The notes under the pieces are model-generated. The model searched no databases. It saw nothing but the letters and a program-made list of their open reading frames with translations, and was not told the origin of the DNA. The translations under genes were made by a program, and so were the position numbers. From the human T2T-CHM13v2.0 reference genome, Homo sapiens, in assembly GCF_009914755.1 (NCBI RefSeq), contig NC_060947.1: a DNA stretch of 64,000 nucleotides. The stretch is one strand, 5' to 3'. This document shows positions 16,296-33,724 of the stretch, in pieces; position 1 is the stretch's first letter; every line of letters begins with the position of its first letter.

Positions 16296-17112
16296 TAGTT
16301 TTAAAAGCAAAAAGATTGTGAACATTTGCAGACACAGGGAGATTACCCACCCCGCCCCCGAAATTCCAGATTTTCAGCTGCATTAAACACATTGCAAAAT
16401 TCGTGCATCCTGGCTGCTCATTTCCCCATGAGCAGTCACTACCCCCGACACTGGGTAGTGGCTGCTCCTTCAGAAGGAAGGACCCTGTCCCTTCACCACA
16501 ATGCCCAGTGCTCGAGGCTGTAGACCCCATCCTGAGGGTGTGTGTTCTATACATGCAGCCCCTCCACTTGCAGCGGCCCCTCCCAGCCTCTGCGAGCGCT
16601 GGCGTGTGCACTCCAGGGCTTTATGTTTTCCCCGTGTTGCCTTCTTAGGCTCTGCTGCCTAGGCTGTGACAAAGGCATCCCTGAAGAGAGTTGTTCAAAA
16701 AAGAAAGATAGCCCTTGTGACGGGTGAGATCATCCATATGTTACCCAATAAAAAGTCAAAGGCTTGAGGGGCCCTTTGAGTTCACTCCAGAGAAAGGTGC
16801 AGCAGCCTCGGCTCAGTGCCCCCTAGGCCTCCCTGACGTTGCACGGCGGCAGCATTAGATTATCTCACTGAACAAGGCCCGTCCCTTTGAAATAGCAGTA
16901 GGATGGGAATGTCCATTAAAGTAAACAGCTGTGCGTTCTGAGAAGCGGGGACACTTTGTTCTAATGGCCAGCAGTTCCTTTTCCTGTTTCTTGGTTGCCT
17001 ATCAGTTCTTTCAGATCGCCTTTTCACTTTGAAAATGCAAAATTAAGTAATCCCAGTTATCTCTGTTTAAGCGGGTGCTTCAGTGATGTGATGACTTGCT
17101 TTCAAAAGCTCA

Positions 17113-17884
<772 letters not shown>

Positions 17885-18641
17885 TTAGACAGAACGTCGC
17901 TTATGTTCGATGATTCTTTTTCTCTCTGTTCATCCTCTCCAGAAACATTGCCTATTGCATTGCGACCAGCTTTTGTATAGGAAGGGAAGAAACAGCTATC
18001 ATTTGGGTTTTGTCATCAGTGAGATGCTAGTCTTGTTGTGGGATGAGAAGCATAAGCTGGTAACTGTCAGCAGGGTTAGGAGCAGATAGTGGCCATGTGC
18101 TCCAGGCACTAGGGAGGCTGGGAGATGTACAGAGTCCCTTGGTGGAGACGGTGGGGTTCAAGATGGCGTCCTGAGGGCTGAATGTGGGCGAGCTGGGCAG
18201 AGTGTGTGCACAGCAGCGATGGGGGTGCATGGTGTTTCCAGAGGGGACCCAGTAAACAAAGCTCTGCAGGCAAGAAAGACCACTTTCTCTAGGGAGGAAG
18301 GACAAAGGGCCTGTTGTTGCGGGTGTGTGATGTTTGGGCAGGGTGGGGATGGTGTCCAGAACAGCAAGGCTTGTTTTACATGGTGGTGAGTAGGACTTGA
18401 TTAAATGCAGTGCCTCCCTCCCTCCCCCTCACCTGATCAAACTGCTCTTTTGCATTGCTGCTAGAGGCGAGAGAGAAGATGATTTGCGTGAGGAAGACGG
18501 CTGCCTGTTTCCTGCCGTGGTAAATGGGTTTTACAGGGCAGGAGGTTAAAGCGTGACTTTAGAGGTGCCTTGGTTTTGTTTTACTGTTCCACATGAGCCA
18601 TGGGTGACCATTTCTAATACGTTATCCTTTCTCTGGAATAT

Positions 18642-18860
18642 TGGTGGTTCTCCCCTGGGGGCAGTTTTGTCCTCCAGGAGACATGTGGTAACATCTGGAA
18701 GCATTTGAATTGGTCACAACTCGGGGCAGGAGGGTGCTACTGGCTTCTAGTGGGTAGAGGCCAGGGATGCTGCTGAGTCCCCTGCAATACCCAGGGCAGC
18801 CCTCACGGCAAAGAATGATCCGGCCCCAAATGTCAATAGTGCTGAGGTGGAGGAGCGTGG
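18642..18860 (+). mobile_element. MER20 DNA transposon
   Basis: GGTGCTACTGGCTTCTAGTGGGTAGAGGCCAGGGATGCTGCT...CCGGCCCCAAATGTCAATAGTGCTGAGG. Confidence 0.85.
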
Positions 18861-18998
18861 TTTGGAGTGTCCTATTGTTTATCCATGTTTTATCTATTGG
18901 ACATTTGGGTAAAATAACCCATTTGTAGCTCTTACAGATGGTCCTGGTATGCACATTCTTCTGTGGGTCTTGTGGTTAACATACATGCACATCACTGA

Positions 18999-19760
<762 letters not shown>

Positions 19761-19769
19761 TTTTGTTGA

Positions 19770-20066
19770 TGCTGTTGTTGTTAGAGATAGGGTCTCTCTC
19801 TGTCCCCCAGGCTGGAGTGCAGTTGTACGATTATAACTCACGGTAGCCTTGAACTCCTGGGCTGAAGTGGTCCTCCTGCCTCAGCCTCCCAGGTAGCTGA
19901 GATTACAGGCATGTGCCACTGTGCCTGACTAACTTTAAAAACAAAATCATAGAAACTTGGTTTCATTGTGTTGCCCGGGCTGGTCTCAAAACTCCTAGTC
20001 TCAAGTGATCCTCCTCCATTGGCCTCCCAAAGCACTGGGATTACAGATGTGAGCCACCATGCCCGG
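19770..20066 (-). mobile_element. Alu (J-like)
   Basis: Antisense Alu body. Confidence 0.85.
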
Positions 20067-22998
20067 CATATATAATGTGTTTTTTAATACCACTTAAGCT
20101 CTGATTTCCTCGTGTTATGATGAAAACGGATACTTTGTCACTGTCCCTGAGAGTGGAGCAGCATAGCCTAGGTTCCACTGGCAGTTTGGACATGAAGAAA
20201 TTATAACAACAGCAGAATAAGTTGTAACTGTACTTGTAGCATACTTTAGAGTTTGCAACATATTTTCATAATTGTTTCACTGTTATCCTCCTGGTCGTCC
20301 TAGGATGTAAGACAACCAGCTCTTACCACCATTTTTGGGGTGATAAAACCAAGAGTAGGAAGCATTTCTCCAAATTGTGTACGTAAGTGGCAGAGGCAGG
20401 TCTTCAGTACCAGATCATTCCTCATCTTTTGAAACGCTCCGTGCCCCCACCCTCTGATGTGATTATTCCCTCCTGTCTGCCACCAGGGGATCCTGTGCAT
20501 GTCTGTCACTGCACTTGCCTCATGGGATTTGTATCAGCCAGGATATAGTTAGGAGACGGAAGCCACACAGTAGTTGGAACAGGAGTGCTTCATAGGAAGC
20601 GGGATTTCGTGGACTGACCAAATCCCACCATGCCCCCGTGCTTACGGCTTTTCTGTTTACAGAAGCAAGGTTGAACAGTTGCACAGAGATCGTGTACATG
20701 CAAAGCTCAAAATATTTACATTACGGCTCTTTGTGAAAAAGTTTGCTCACCCCTAATGTAAAGAACTATTAACTTGTGGCAGTTTATTATCTATTATCGA
20801 CGAATTATTAACTAGTAGCTACTATAGGTAAGGAGAACTCTAAAGAATACGAGAATAGCAGATAGAGGGAGTGGCCACTCCCTCCAGGGCTGGGGCACAG
20901 AGTACCTGAGGAAGGAATAAATTTGGAACTATTCTCCCCACCCCCTCCAAAGCTGAGATTCGAATCTCGATGGAAGATGGCTCACTAGGTAGTGGAGAAA
21001 GTCTCTGAGGGCCACCGCTGGCTGGAGAGTAGGGAGCCACCCCCGGCATGCCACTGAAGCTCACTAGGAAGCTGGCTGGGGGTGTCTGTGGGACTCGGTG
21101 GAAAGCCACCGAGGAATTGTCTCTAAAAGTCGCTGGGAAGCTGCCCGCCAGAGCACCAGTGGAACTTGCTAGGAGGCCGCCCTTGGAGCTTAGTGCCACT
21201 GTGTGTGCCACATGACTGCCAGGTCCCACTGGAGCAGGCAGGGAGGAAAGCACGCTGGAATGATGAAGGCAAGCCCTTTCCACCGCCCGCGTGCCTCCAC
21301 CGCCCTCTGCTGATGGTGCTCACCAGGTGCCAGCACTGGAGAAACGCCCACAGGGTCCTGCTCCAGGATCACCATGTGGGCAGTGAAGGTGCATTTGGGA
21401 TGCAGAGGCAATGCATTGCTAACTGGCAATGTTGCAACAGGTTGTCTTCAGAGCTGCACTGTAAATTCCTCTGACACACGATGGTGTTCCAGAAATCCTC
21501 CCTGAACGTTGCTCCCCATTAACCATCTCTTAGGTGGATCTCGGCCTGTGCTCTGTGAAATTCAGGGCTGACATGGTGGTCAGGATTTGGCCAAGTCCTG
21601 AGGCCCCAGGATCTTTGCTACATGTGGAGAGGAGGCACACACCTTTGGGCTCTATGCTGCCCTCCCTCCAAGAAGACTGTCACCCCTTGCCACAGAATGC
21701 ACACTCTTCTTCCGGTCCCGTCCAGTTGGCCTGCATTCTGACGCTGCAGCTCTCACCTGCCCAGGGCACATTCCACCCCTGCCCGTTTCTCCCAGTCACT
21801 CCTGGGACAGTCAGCTTGCCTTCCGTTGCTCTGTAGAAATGCTGTCTGCCAACTCAGTCTCCACCACCTCCAGATCTTCACCTCATCTCCCTCCACATTT
21901 TTGGGAGCCACATGCCCCCTTTTCACCTAGCCGATCACCCAGCCGTAGGTTTTCTGTCATGACACTCCCTTGGCCTGTGTGTCCGTTAGCATGGCTTTGT
22001 CACCTGGTGCAGCCACGTCCTCGTCCTCTCCTCATGCCTCATCCTCGCGCCTCTCCTTGCCATGGTGCCTCGTGTGGTGCAGCCCTCATTTTAGGGAGAG
22101 ATGAAACAAGGGCTAGACCTTTGTGGACTAAATACCTCCTTGAGCATCTAGTTCCAAAACACACGAGGAGGGTTTTGGTTTATTTTGTTAGTGTTATTTA
22201 TTATTTTTTTTTTGGGGGGGGTGTATATTTCTTAAGAGATGGGTGTCTCACTATGTTACCCAGACAGGAGTGCAGTAGCTCTTCAGAAGCGTGGGCATAG
22301 CACACTGCAGCCTCCAACTCCTAGGCTCAGGTGATCCCGCCATAGCCTCCTGAGGAGCTTTTTTGTATTGTATTATCATTTTTCTTGCTTTCTTACTAAT
22401 TTTGTCAACTATGAGGAAAGGAATTTTTTCTTTCCTAATAGAGATTTTATTGATACTTTGGAAGATCAATACAAAGCTGTTTCAATGTGTATCCTGTTGT
22501 TAATGTCCTTACAGAAAATCTAAAGAGCTGTGTCATTGGATTCTTTTCCAGGTACTCCAGCGACCTTCTAGCTGAAAACTTGGAGGCAAATTTTCCTTAA
22601 AAGGCCAGGAATTAGGATTTTTTGAAGTCTCAGCACCTTTGGGTGGTGGTTTCCATCTTTAGGAGCACGAGTCTGTCTCCGGGCGAAACTTCAGTGTAGA
22701 TGCATGTTCTCAGGATATTTCACAACTTGCTGCCTTGCTGGATGGGTCACATTTCCTTCCCCAAGCGCCGGTACCTTCAGATGTTGACGAGCTGTCACAT
22801 CAGAAGTCACAGTCACTCACCGTTATCAGCAACACTGCATACTCAAGTTTTCAGCCTTTCATAGCACATTAACAGAGAGATTAGGAAAACCGACTGCCAC
22901 GACCAGAAGACTTTCAGGGTGCATGCCTCTCTGATAGGGAGAGCCAGGATCAAGGAGTCCTTTTCCTTCCGAAACAGTTCTACTAAAAAACAACCCAT

Positions 22999-23755
<757 letters not shown>

Positions 23756-23977
23756 CTAGCACCCAAGACAGTCAAAGCCTCTCATAAAATATATACCAAA
23801 AAACAACTAGCAAATGATTTCACCTCTTTTAAAAAAAGCATTTATGCTTAAAACATGGAATTAGGTGGGATTCTCTCCTTAAAAATGTTTACAGAACTAC
23901 TAAAAAACTTGCATTTACAAAACAGTTGCTGAAAGTATTCCCCTGGCATATATGGGAAGGGAGACAGGGGCCGCTGA

Positions 23978-24467
<490 letters not shown>

Positions 24468-26811
24468 TCCTGCTGCCTTTTTGGGCTTCATTTCCACTTC
24501 TGCAGAAGCAGGTTGAGCCGACAGCCTGGCGGACCTCTGGGCTGTGCCTTGGCCACCCCTGGGGCTGACCTGACCTTCCCCTTGGGCATCTTGGCGGTGC
24601 CTGGTGCCTGCTGCCCAAAAGCCTTATGAATCTGGATGCACCGCAACTCCCTTCCCTGCCCTGGCCTCTGGGACCACAGCAGGGGCCAGGAATTTTTTTT
24701 TTTTTTTTTTTTTTTTAAGTCTCAACACATTTGGGTGGGGATTTCCATCTTCTAGGGGCTTCCCTGTTATCGGAGCACAAGTCTGTCTCACAGAGAACCT
24801 TCAGTGTGGACAAGGTGTTCTCATTTATTTCCCAACGTGTCTCTTTCCTGGATGAGTCAGGTTTCCTTTCTGAAGACGCCGAGCTCGATAAATTAAGCAG
24901 ACTGAGAGGTGACTTCAGTGCTTGTCCTCATCATGCAGATATTTTATCTCTGGAAAGCGAAGCATTGTTGAGGTGGTCAGAATTGATCAATTGCAGGTGT
25001 GACTCATAGCCCTTGAAATATGATATTGGACTTAAAAAAAAACTGCTTTCTCTCCTCTCATTTTGATTTCTGGTCACTGTGATTTTCCAAATCCCTCAAG
25101 CTGAAAACCCTGCGGCAGGTGACATGTCCAGATCTTCCTTCCCAGCCTCTGGAGTTGGTGCATTACTCCCGTGATTTTTCTCTGCCTCTTACCCCAGGAG
25201 TTCTGCAGAGATGTAGGGGTAGTGCCCATCAGGGTCGTTGTCCTTGTCGTTTTATTCTTATTGCCAAATAAATTCATTTGTGTGTGACTATAAGACGAGT
25301 CTTCCAGAAGCAGCTGCTGTAGTGATGAGTTCACTCCTCCACTGCCATGGCTGCCTTCGCTGGGCCCCCACTGCCTGCAGGACAGCGTCCAGATTCCCAT
25401 TCCAGGGCGGGGTCCTCGTCTTCCCCCACTTCGGCCCTATCTTCAGACACTCCCCTGCACACACACTCATGCCTCAGGCCTCCTGCCTCCACGCCCTTCT
25501 TCACGGGGAAGCCTCTGCGGAAGGCCTTCCCAGCTTTTTCTAGTTGCCGTTTCTATTTGGAGGCCTTCTTATCTCCACCCGAGACAGAGGGTCACATCCC
25601 CCTCATGCTGCCACTGCAGGGACCCCATTCTTTTCAGCGTGAGCCTGCTCCCCCGCTGCACTCAGGATGCCCTTGCCCTTATGGGACTTCATTTGGATTG
25701 TCTCTTCAACGAAGTATCAACAACTTTGTTCCATAAAAGACTTTGATTAACTGTTTTTTTCCTGCTGTTCCTAGAGAAAACATTTCCATGAGAACAATGA
25801 GGCATTCTGCACGTTAGGAGACGTTGAACTCTAATCGGGGCCATAAGAGTGAGTTTCCATACAGAATATCAGTTAATAACTAAAACAACAGTATTTGCCC
25901 GGGTGTGTGGACTTGGTGCTTTGGGTCTGTGAGTGCCCATAGCATGGCACCTGGGCCGGCATCGTCATGGGTCGGGGATGATTGACTTCCTAGCTTTTTG
26001 TAGAGGGGCTTTTTGAGGTTAGAGCAAGTGAGAGCAAAGATTTTTCCTAAGTACTACAGGACAGAACTTCCTCATTTGTGGCTCTGGCACTCCACAGACA
26101 TTAAGCGGCTGTCACTAATCGGTGCAGTGCCAAGTGCTTCCTTACCTTGTAGACCTGGGACTGTGACAAAATGAGCATCATTGTGATGCTATCACGCATG
26201 CGGCACCTTCCCTAAGGTGCCTAATTAAGCCTAATTAATTCTACTGAACTTGAGAAGTTCAGTGGGGCAAAGAGAATAGAATGGAGGTTTTCAAAGCTGC
26301 TGCTGCTTTTCTGACTACTTTTCCCCATAGCACCATAAACATGTAGAGGTACTTTATCTGGATAAGGAAGCCAGGGGAAAAAATGAAGACTTTTATCTCC
26401 CAAACCAAAACACATTTTTGCTGGGAAATGTAGGTGGAGTGTGGTGGGGGAAGGCTGATGGATGTTGTGGAATGCGTCCTTCATATCTAGAGGGGAAGCT
26501 TTAGGAATCCTTGCAGATGAGAAGAAACAGCATCATGTTGTCCTTTGCAGTGAAGTCAGAGCAACTGACAGCCCTTTCTGAGAGTCCTTCAGGACTTGCT
26601 TACACACGTGCTTGTGGGAATGAGACACATTCCCACCGAAAACCCCACCTGGTCACCACTGAGTCAGACACAGAACTGTGTCACCCCGAAGAAGTGCTGC
26701 TTCAAAAGCTGTCCCAAGACCCTGCAAGCCATGAGTCTTTATGGTTTTGCCTAAAGATTTTCCTGTGATACTTAAATTCAAACATGTCATTGTGGAGAGA
26801 AGGACACAACT

Positions 26812-27868
<1,057 letters not shown>

Positions 27869-27879
27869 TGAGGAATGCA

Positions 27880-28340
27880 TAACTTTTTATTATGGTAAAA
27901 TACACATAATATGAAACTTATCTTCTTAATAATTTTCAAGTGTACTGTTCAGTGATGTGTTAAGTACATTTACATTGTTGTCCAACCATCACCACTGTCC
28001 ATTTTCAGAACTTGTCATCTTCCCAAACTGAACCTCTCTGCCTGTTAAACACTAACTTGCCATTCCCTCCTCTCCCCAGCCCCTGGTAATCACCATTCCA
28101 CTTTCTCTGTCTATCCTTTTGATGACTCAGGTACCTCAATTCAATCGTATAGTGTTTCTCCATTTTTGACTGGTTTATTTCACTTAGCATAATGTCCTCA
28201 AGGTTCATCCATGTTGTTGCCTGTGTCAGAGTTTCTCTCCTTTTTTAAGGCTGAATAATATTCCCATTATATGTGTATGTATATGCCATATTTTATTTAT
28301 CCATTCACCTGTTGATTGACATTTGGGTTGTGTTCACCTA
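27880..28340 (-). mobile_element. L1MB-like 3' fragment
   Basis: CCCCTGGTAATCACCATTCCACTTTCT...CACTTAGCATAATGTCCTCAAGGTTCATCCATGTTG. Confidence 0.78.
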
Positions 28341-28539
28341 GAACTCATAATTGTTTAAAGGCAAAAACAAAATAAGGCTCTGTCCTTTGAAATTTATTTT
28401 TTATTGTTGTTGTTTTTTAATGCAAATTTATGAAAAAAGTATCAAGGTTTTTTGTTTTAATTTTTGTGAGTACGCAGTAGGTGTATCGATGTCCTTAGAA
28501 ATTTGTGATGATAGAATTATACTTTGTAAATGTGCATTT

Positions 28540-28861
<322 letters not shown>

Positions 28862-30599
28862 TTAGTTTTCTAAGCAGTTACTTCATCAGCATGTGACTGG
28901 TATTATTATTCTCACAATTCTGTTACTTTAGTCAATATTTTTATGCTTTGCTTTACTACGTAAAATGTTGGATTCTTCCCCTTAGTAATTGTCTATGCTT
29001 TTCTCCAGACTCATTAAAGGTATAAATTAAATTCTGAGTTTTACACCATGTTTCCTTTGGCAGTGGAATTAAAATTGGGAAAAATCATCTATATTCATAG
29101 AGATTAATGGTGAAGTCTCTTAAATTAGATACATGTCTATAAATATATATTAATTGTTTTCTTTTGCTGCTTTACTCTGGAGCAAATTTTCCAAAATTGT
29201 AACGTGAAGTACAGTTTAGAGGAGAAACATCTACTATCAGAATGTACTTAAAGAGACCAATCTTTTCACCTCTTTGTAGTAAATTGGATGTTTACATTGT
29301 CATGAGGGTATCTCTCTTGGAAGAAAGAAATTATTCTTTATTCTGAGGTCAGTTATAGACAGTTTCAGCTAAAAATTATGAGGAACTGATTGGTTATGTC
29401 TAAAACTTTGAGTTGGGTTTTTGATACTTGACTTGTTTTGTATATTCGTGACTATAATTAATAGCATCTGCATGGCAGGTAAGCTATGTTATCCATTGTG
29501 AATACAAGGAAACGAGGAAAAAGAGACCAGAAGTCTTAGGGTCCGGAGTTGGCAGCCATGGATATAACACGTGGATAGAAAAACACTTCTGTGGTCTTTC
29601 AACAAGGTGGAATTCCCGACAGGCAAGAAAAGCCACTAAAGACCCGAAGGCTCCAAAACAAAAGACCAGCTCCAGGATGCCAAGATCTTCCTTGGAATCC
29701 CTGGACCCCCAGATGTCTGTAACTTGCCTCCTTATACACACCTCATTTTCACTGTCTTTCCCACCCTGCCTGGATACTCTTATTTGGTTCAGGGGGCAAT
29801 AGAAATAAGCAAAGTCAGCCACATCAACACTTAGGCTTTCTAGCATCGAAATACAGATGTGCGGGCGTCATTCCAGCCACAGCACTTAGCAGTGACCTAG
29901 AGAAACAGATAGCGCCCTTCATCTCTGATCCATCCTCCTGAGGCACAGCCCTGGAAGAAGCCTTTCCTCTGTGAAGAAACCTGGGGGGAGGGTTGCTCCA
30001 GATCCCCAGCCTCCTGGCCGGCCCCTTGGTCTCCCTCTTGGGGCATGTCGAAACCCAGTCTCCCCCAGGTATCGCCTGCCTTTTGCTATCCCTTGGCTGT
30101 GTGTGCAACCTTAGTGGGTGGAAGCTTATTTACAGTCTGTAAAGACATCAGGATAAAATCGTCTAGAACTTTTGAAACCAGTTGGTGACTGAAAAAATTG
30201 CTGCATATTTTTGTTAGGAGTGGTTTTTAAAATTTGTTTATGGTATTGACTAGCAGTGAATTATTGCTTTATTCACAAAAGTTCACTTGTCCTCAGATCT
30301 AGGTGGAGATTTCAGGAAAATATGCAGCTTCAGAATTGAGGCATTGTAAGTTACTTAGCACCTAGCTTCTCCTGACCCCCCACCCCAAGAAGTAAGCTTG
30401 AATCCAAAACACTTAGCTTTTCAGCTGCCAGAAGAATGGACGGCATTAGCTTCAGGCTCACTCTTGGAAGTTGTTCTTGGGTTAGCCATGACATGCAGCT
30501 GGCTAGCAGTGGATTCAAAGGCTGTATGCTGATGTGCTTGTAACCAGTGATTTCTTCTCACTGGTTTTCCTAGCAGTTTATAAAGCTTTTTGGTGTAAA

Positions 30600-30785
30600 A
30601 CAGTTGGCAAACCATTTTTGGAACAAGCCCAGTAGTAAATATTTTTGGCTTTGTGGGCCAAGCTACTCAATTCTGCCCTGTAGCAATATGTAAACCAATG
30701 GGTGTGACTGTATTACACTAAAACTTTGGGTGGTGGGAGGGGGAAAGAAAGCTGGCTGGATTGGCTCACTGGCCACAGTGTGCCA
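30600..30785 (-). mobile_element. MER58A-like remnant
   Basis: GTTGGCAAAC...TAGTAAATATTTTTGGCTTTGTGGGCCA...CTACTCAATTCTGCC. Confidence 0.6.
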
Positions 30786-30874
30786 GAAAATGGACAGATT
30801 AACTGGAATGAATTGCTGTTGAGTTCTACTTTACTGTATAGGAAAATCTAGGTTAATAAAAGTTACAGAATGTA

Positions 30875-31180
30875 GGCCGCGCACGGTGGCTCACGCCTCT
30901 AATCCCAGCACTCTGGGAGGCCGAGGCGGGTGGATCACGAGGTCAGAGGAGTTCAAGACCAGCCTGGCCAATGGGGTGAAACCCTGTCTCTACTAAAAAT
31001 ACAAAAATTAGCTGGACGTGGTAGCGTGTGCCTGTAATCCCAGCTACTCAGGAGGCTGAGGCAGGAGAATTGCTTGAACCAGGAGGCAGAGGTTGCAGTG
31101 AGCCGAGATCGCACCACTGCACTGCAGCCTGGGTGACAGAGCGAGACTCTGTCTCAAAAAAAAGAAAAAAGGGAAAAAAA
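30875..31180 (+). mobile_element. Alu (S-like)
   Basis: Full Alu plus A-rich tail. Confidence 0.88.
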
Positions 31181-31309
31181 GCTGTAGAACGGATGGCATT
31201 CAAGCTGTTACGGAGTCAGTCAATACACATTGGGAGCATACTGTGTTTAGCACTGAGTAGTGAATATCTTAACATACACGGCATGGTATAATAATCGGAT
31301 TAGGGCTAT

Positions 31310-31890
31310 GACAAAAAACAGATACGTGTTAGCAAGGATATGGAGAAATTGGAACCTTCATACACCGATGGTGGGAATGTAAAACGGTACAGCTGCTGTA
31401 GAAAACAGCCTGGAAGCTCCTCAGGTTGTTAAATGTAGTTATCATAGGGCGCAGCAGTTCCACTTTATAATAGCCAAAAGTAGACACTGATGAATAGATA
31501 AAATGCGGTCTGTCCATACAAGTGAATGTTACTCAACCATAAAAAGAAATGAAGTACTGCTACATGCTACAACGTAGATAAACTTAGAAAGCATCGTGCT
31601 AAGTGAGAGAAGCCAGACCCAAGAGGCCACATATTGTATGACTCCATTTATGTGAACTGTCTAGGACAGGCAAATTCATGGACACAGAAAGTACATTTGT
31701 GGTTGCCAGAGGCTGGAGGGATTGGAAACCGAGTAGTAATGAGCACAAGGTTTCTTTCGGGGTTAGGGGAAATGCCCTAATATTGATGGTGGTGATGGTT
31801 GTACAACTCTGAAAATACTAAAAGCCATGCTTTATTTGAGTGAATATATGGTATTTGAATTATATTTCTATAAAGCTATTACAAAAACAG
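31310..31890 (+). mobile_element. L1MB-like 3' fragment
   Basis: GGATATGGAGAAATTGGAACCTTCATAC...GTGAGAGAAGCCAGAC...TGGTGATGGTTGTACAACTCTG. Confidence 0.78.
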
Positions 31891-32093
31891 TCTAGTTCCA
31901 GGATTAATGTATGAGAAATAATTAATAAGTAATTTTAAATGGTCAAAAATTATTGTCTGGTTAAAGGAGATCTAGAAAATGAATCAGTATCTTCAGGTCC
32001 CCTGTTTTCCATTGTGTGTGTTCTCAAGCTTTCCCATTCCCTGGATAAACAGGAGTCGTGTCCAGGGAAGGCAGGCCAGGGTGAGGGGTATAG

Positions 32094-32396
<303 letters not shown>

Positions 32397-33194
32397 TAAG
32401 ATCTGAGCTTCCTCCCACATTTACCACGACACACAGGAATGAGTGGAACATCAAAGTGGGAAGCCAGTTGTCCTGCCCACATCACTACAGAGATCTCGAT
32501 TGGGACATGCACTTAGAGTTATATGTCTCGGCCAAGCATGGGCCCGGCATCAAGAGTCTGAACGGTTCCTAATTTTATTACGACGATTTTTATAAATTTT
32601 AATGTATTAAGTGGATTTGAATACTCGTATCTTTCCTTTGTTTATATGTAGATTATTTTCTTGGCAGGCAGAAAACGGTGCTTATGCTCCCAGTGAGGTG
32701 ACATGTTGTTGCCTGTCTTGTACACAAGGTGGCAGGCCACTGCGCTTTCTGTTTTCATGCTAGAAAGAGAGTGACTGTCACGAAGATGCCAGCCACCAAG
32801 GGTTTAGAGCACTGTGCTGAGGTCTGGAGGGAGGGTCTGGAGGGAGCTGTCTGTCTATTCCTGTACATTACGTGTCAGTTGGAGCTTGGATGGTTTTAAG
32901 AGGTTAGAAAGTGAACTTGGGGACATGATGCTTTTATATACAGGAACTAAAGCAATACTCCAGGTACCACAAGAGTGTTGGTGATATGTCGCTTTCAAAG
33001 AGAAATAACTCTCCACCTTGGTTTTAAAGTTGGCTTATTAACAGGCAAGTGCTTACACATCCCTTTTGACAAAATTAGCATGTTCTTTTGAAGGCTGGCT
33101 GTAAATTTTAATTAATTGACCCACATTTATTTCCATTTTTAGTACAGACATGAAGATATCTTCCTTGTTTTGAAAAAACAAAAATTTTTTTTTC

Positions 33195-33293
33195 AAGTCT
33201 GGTCAAGTGAAGTAGTGTGCGTGGAGAGGAACAAAGAAATCTGTAACTGGTTGTGACTAATTATTTGTAAACACCGCTGCACTCAAACCAGCC
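33195..33293 (-). pseudogene. Y3 RNA (RNY3) retropseudogene
   Basis: Reverse complement GGCTGGTTTGAGTGCAGCGGTGTTTACAAATAATTAGTCACAACCAGTTACAGATTTCTTTGTTCC-TCTCCACGCACACTACTTCACTTGACCAGACTT closely follows hY3; short A-tail (T run 33185-33193). Confidence 0.93.
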
Positions 33294-33380
33294 AAGACAA
33301 ATTCCTAAAGGCTTTTTTGAAGTGGGGGTGGGTGGAGATGCCAAAACAGTATCCAAAGAAAAGATTCAGAAATGAGGAAG

Positions 33381-33671
33381 GGCCAGACGTGCTGGCTCAC
33401 ACCTGTAATCCCAGCACTTTGGGAAGCCGAAGCGGGAGGATCACTTGAGCCCAGGAGTTCAATCGAGACCAGCCTGGGCAACATAGTGGGACCCCATCTC
33501 TCTCTCAAAAAATTTTTTTTTAATTAGCTGGGCATGATGATGCACACCTGTGGTCCCAGTTACTCGAGAGGTTGATATGGGAGGATTCTTTGAGCCTGGG
33601 AGGTCGAGGCTACAACGAGCCATGATTGTGCCACTGTATTCCAGGCTGGGTGACAGAGCAAGACCCTGTCT

Positions 33672-33721
<50 letters not shown>
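33381..33721 (+). mobile_element. Alu (J-like) with a 49-nt pure poly(A)
   Basis: Alu body; uninterrupted A run 33673-33721. Confidence 0.88.

Positions 33722-33724
<3 letters not shown>

Noticed and set aside
20530-21420. Possible old ERVL-type LTR, plus LTR-like fragments near 29480-29830 and 34866-34945
   Set aside because: Repeat-like, but I cannot assign family or boundaries by eye; needs RepeatMasker/Dfam
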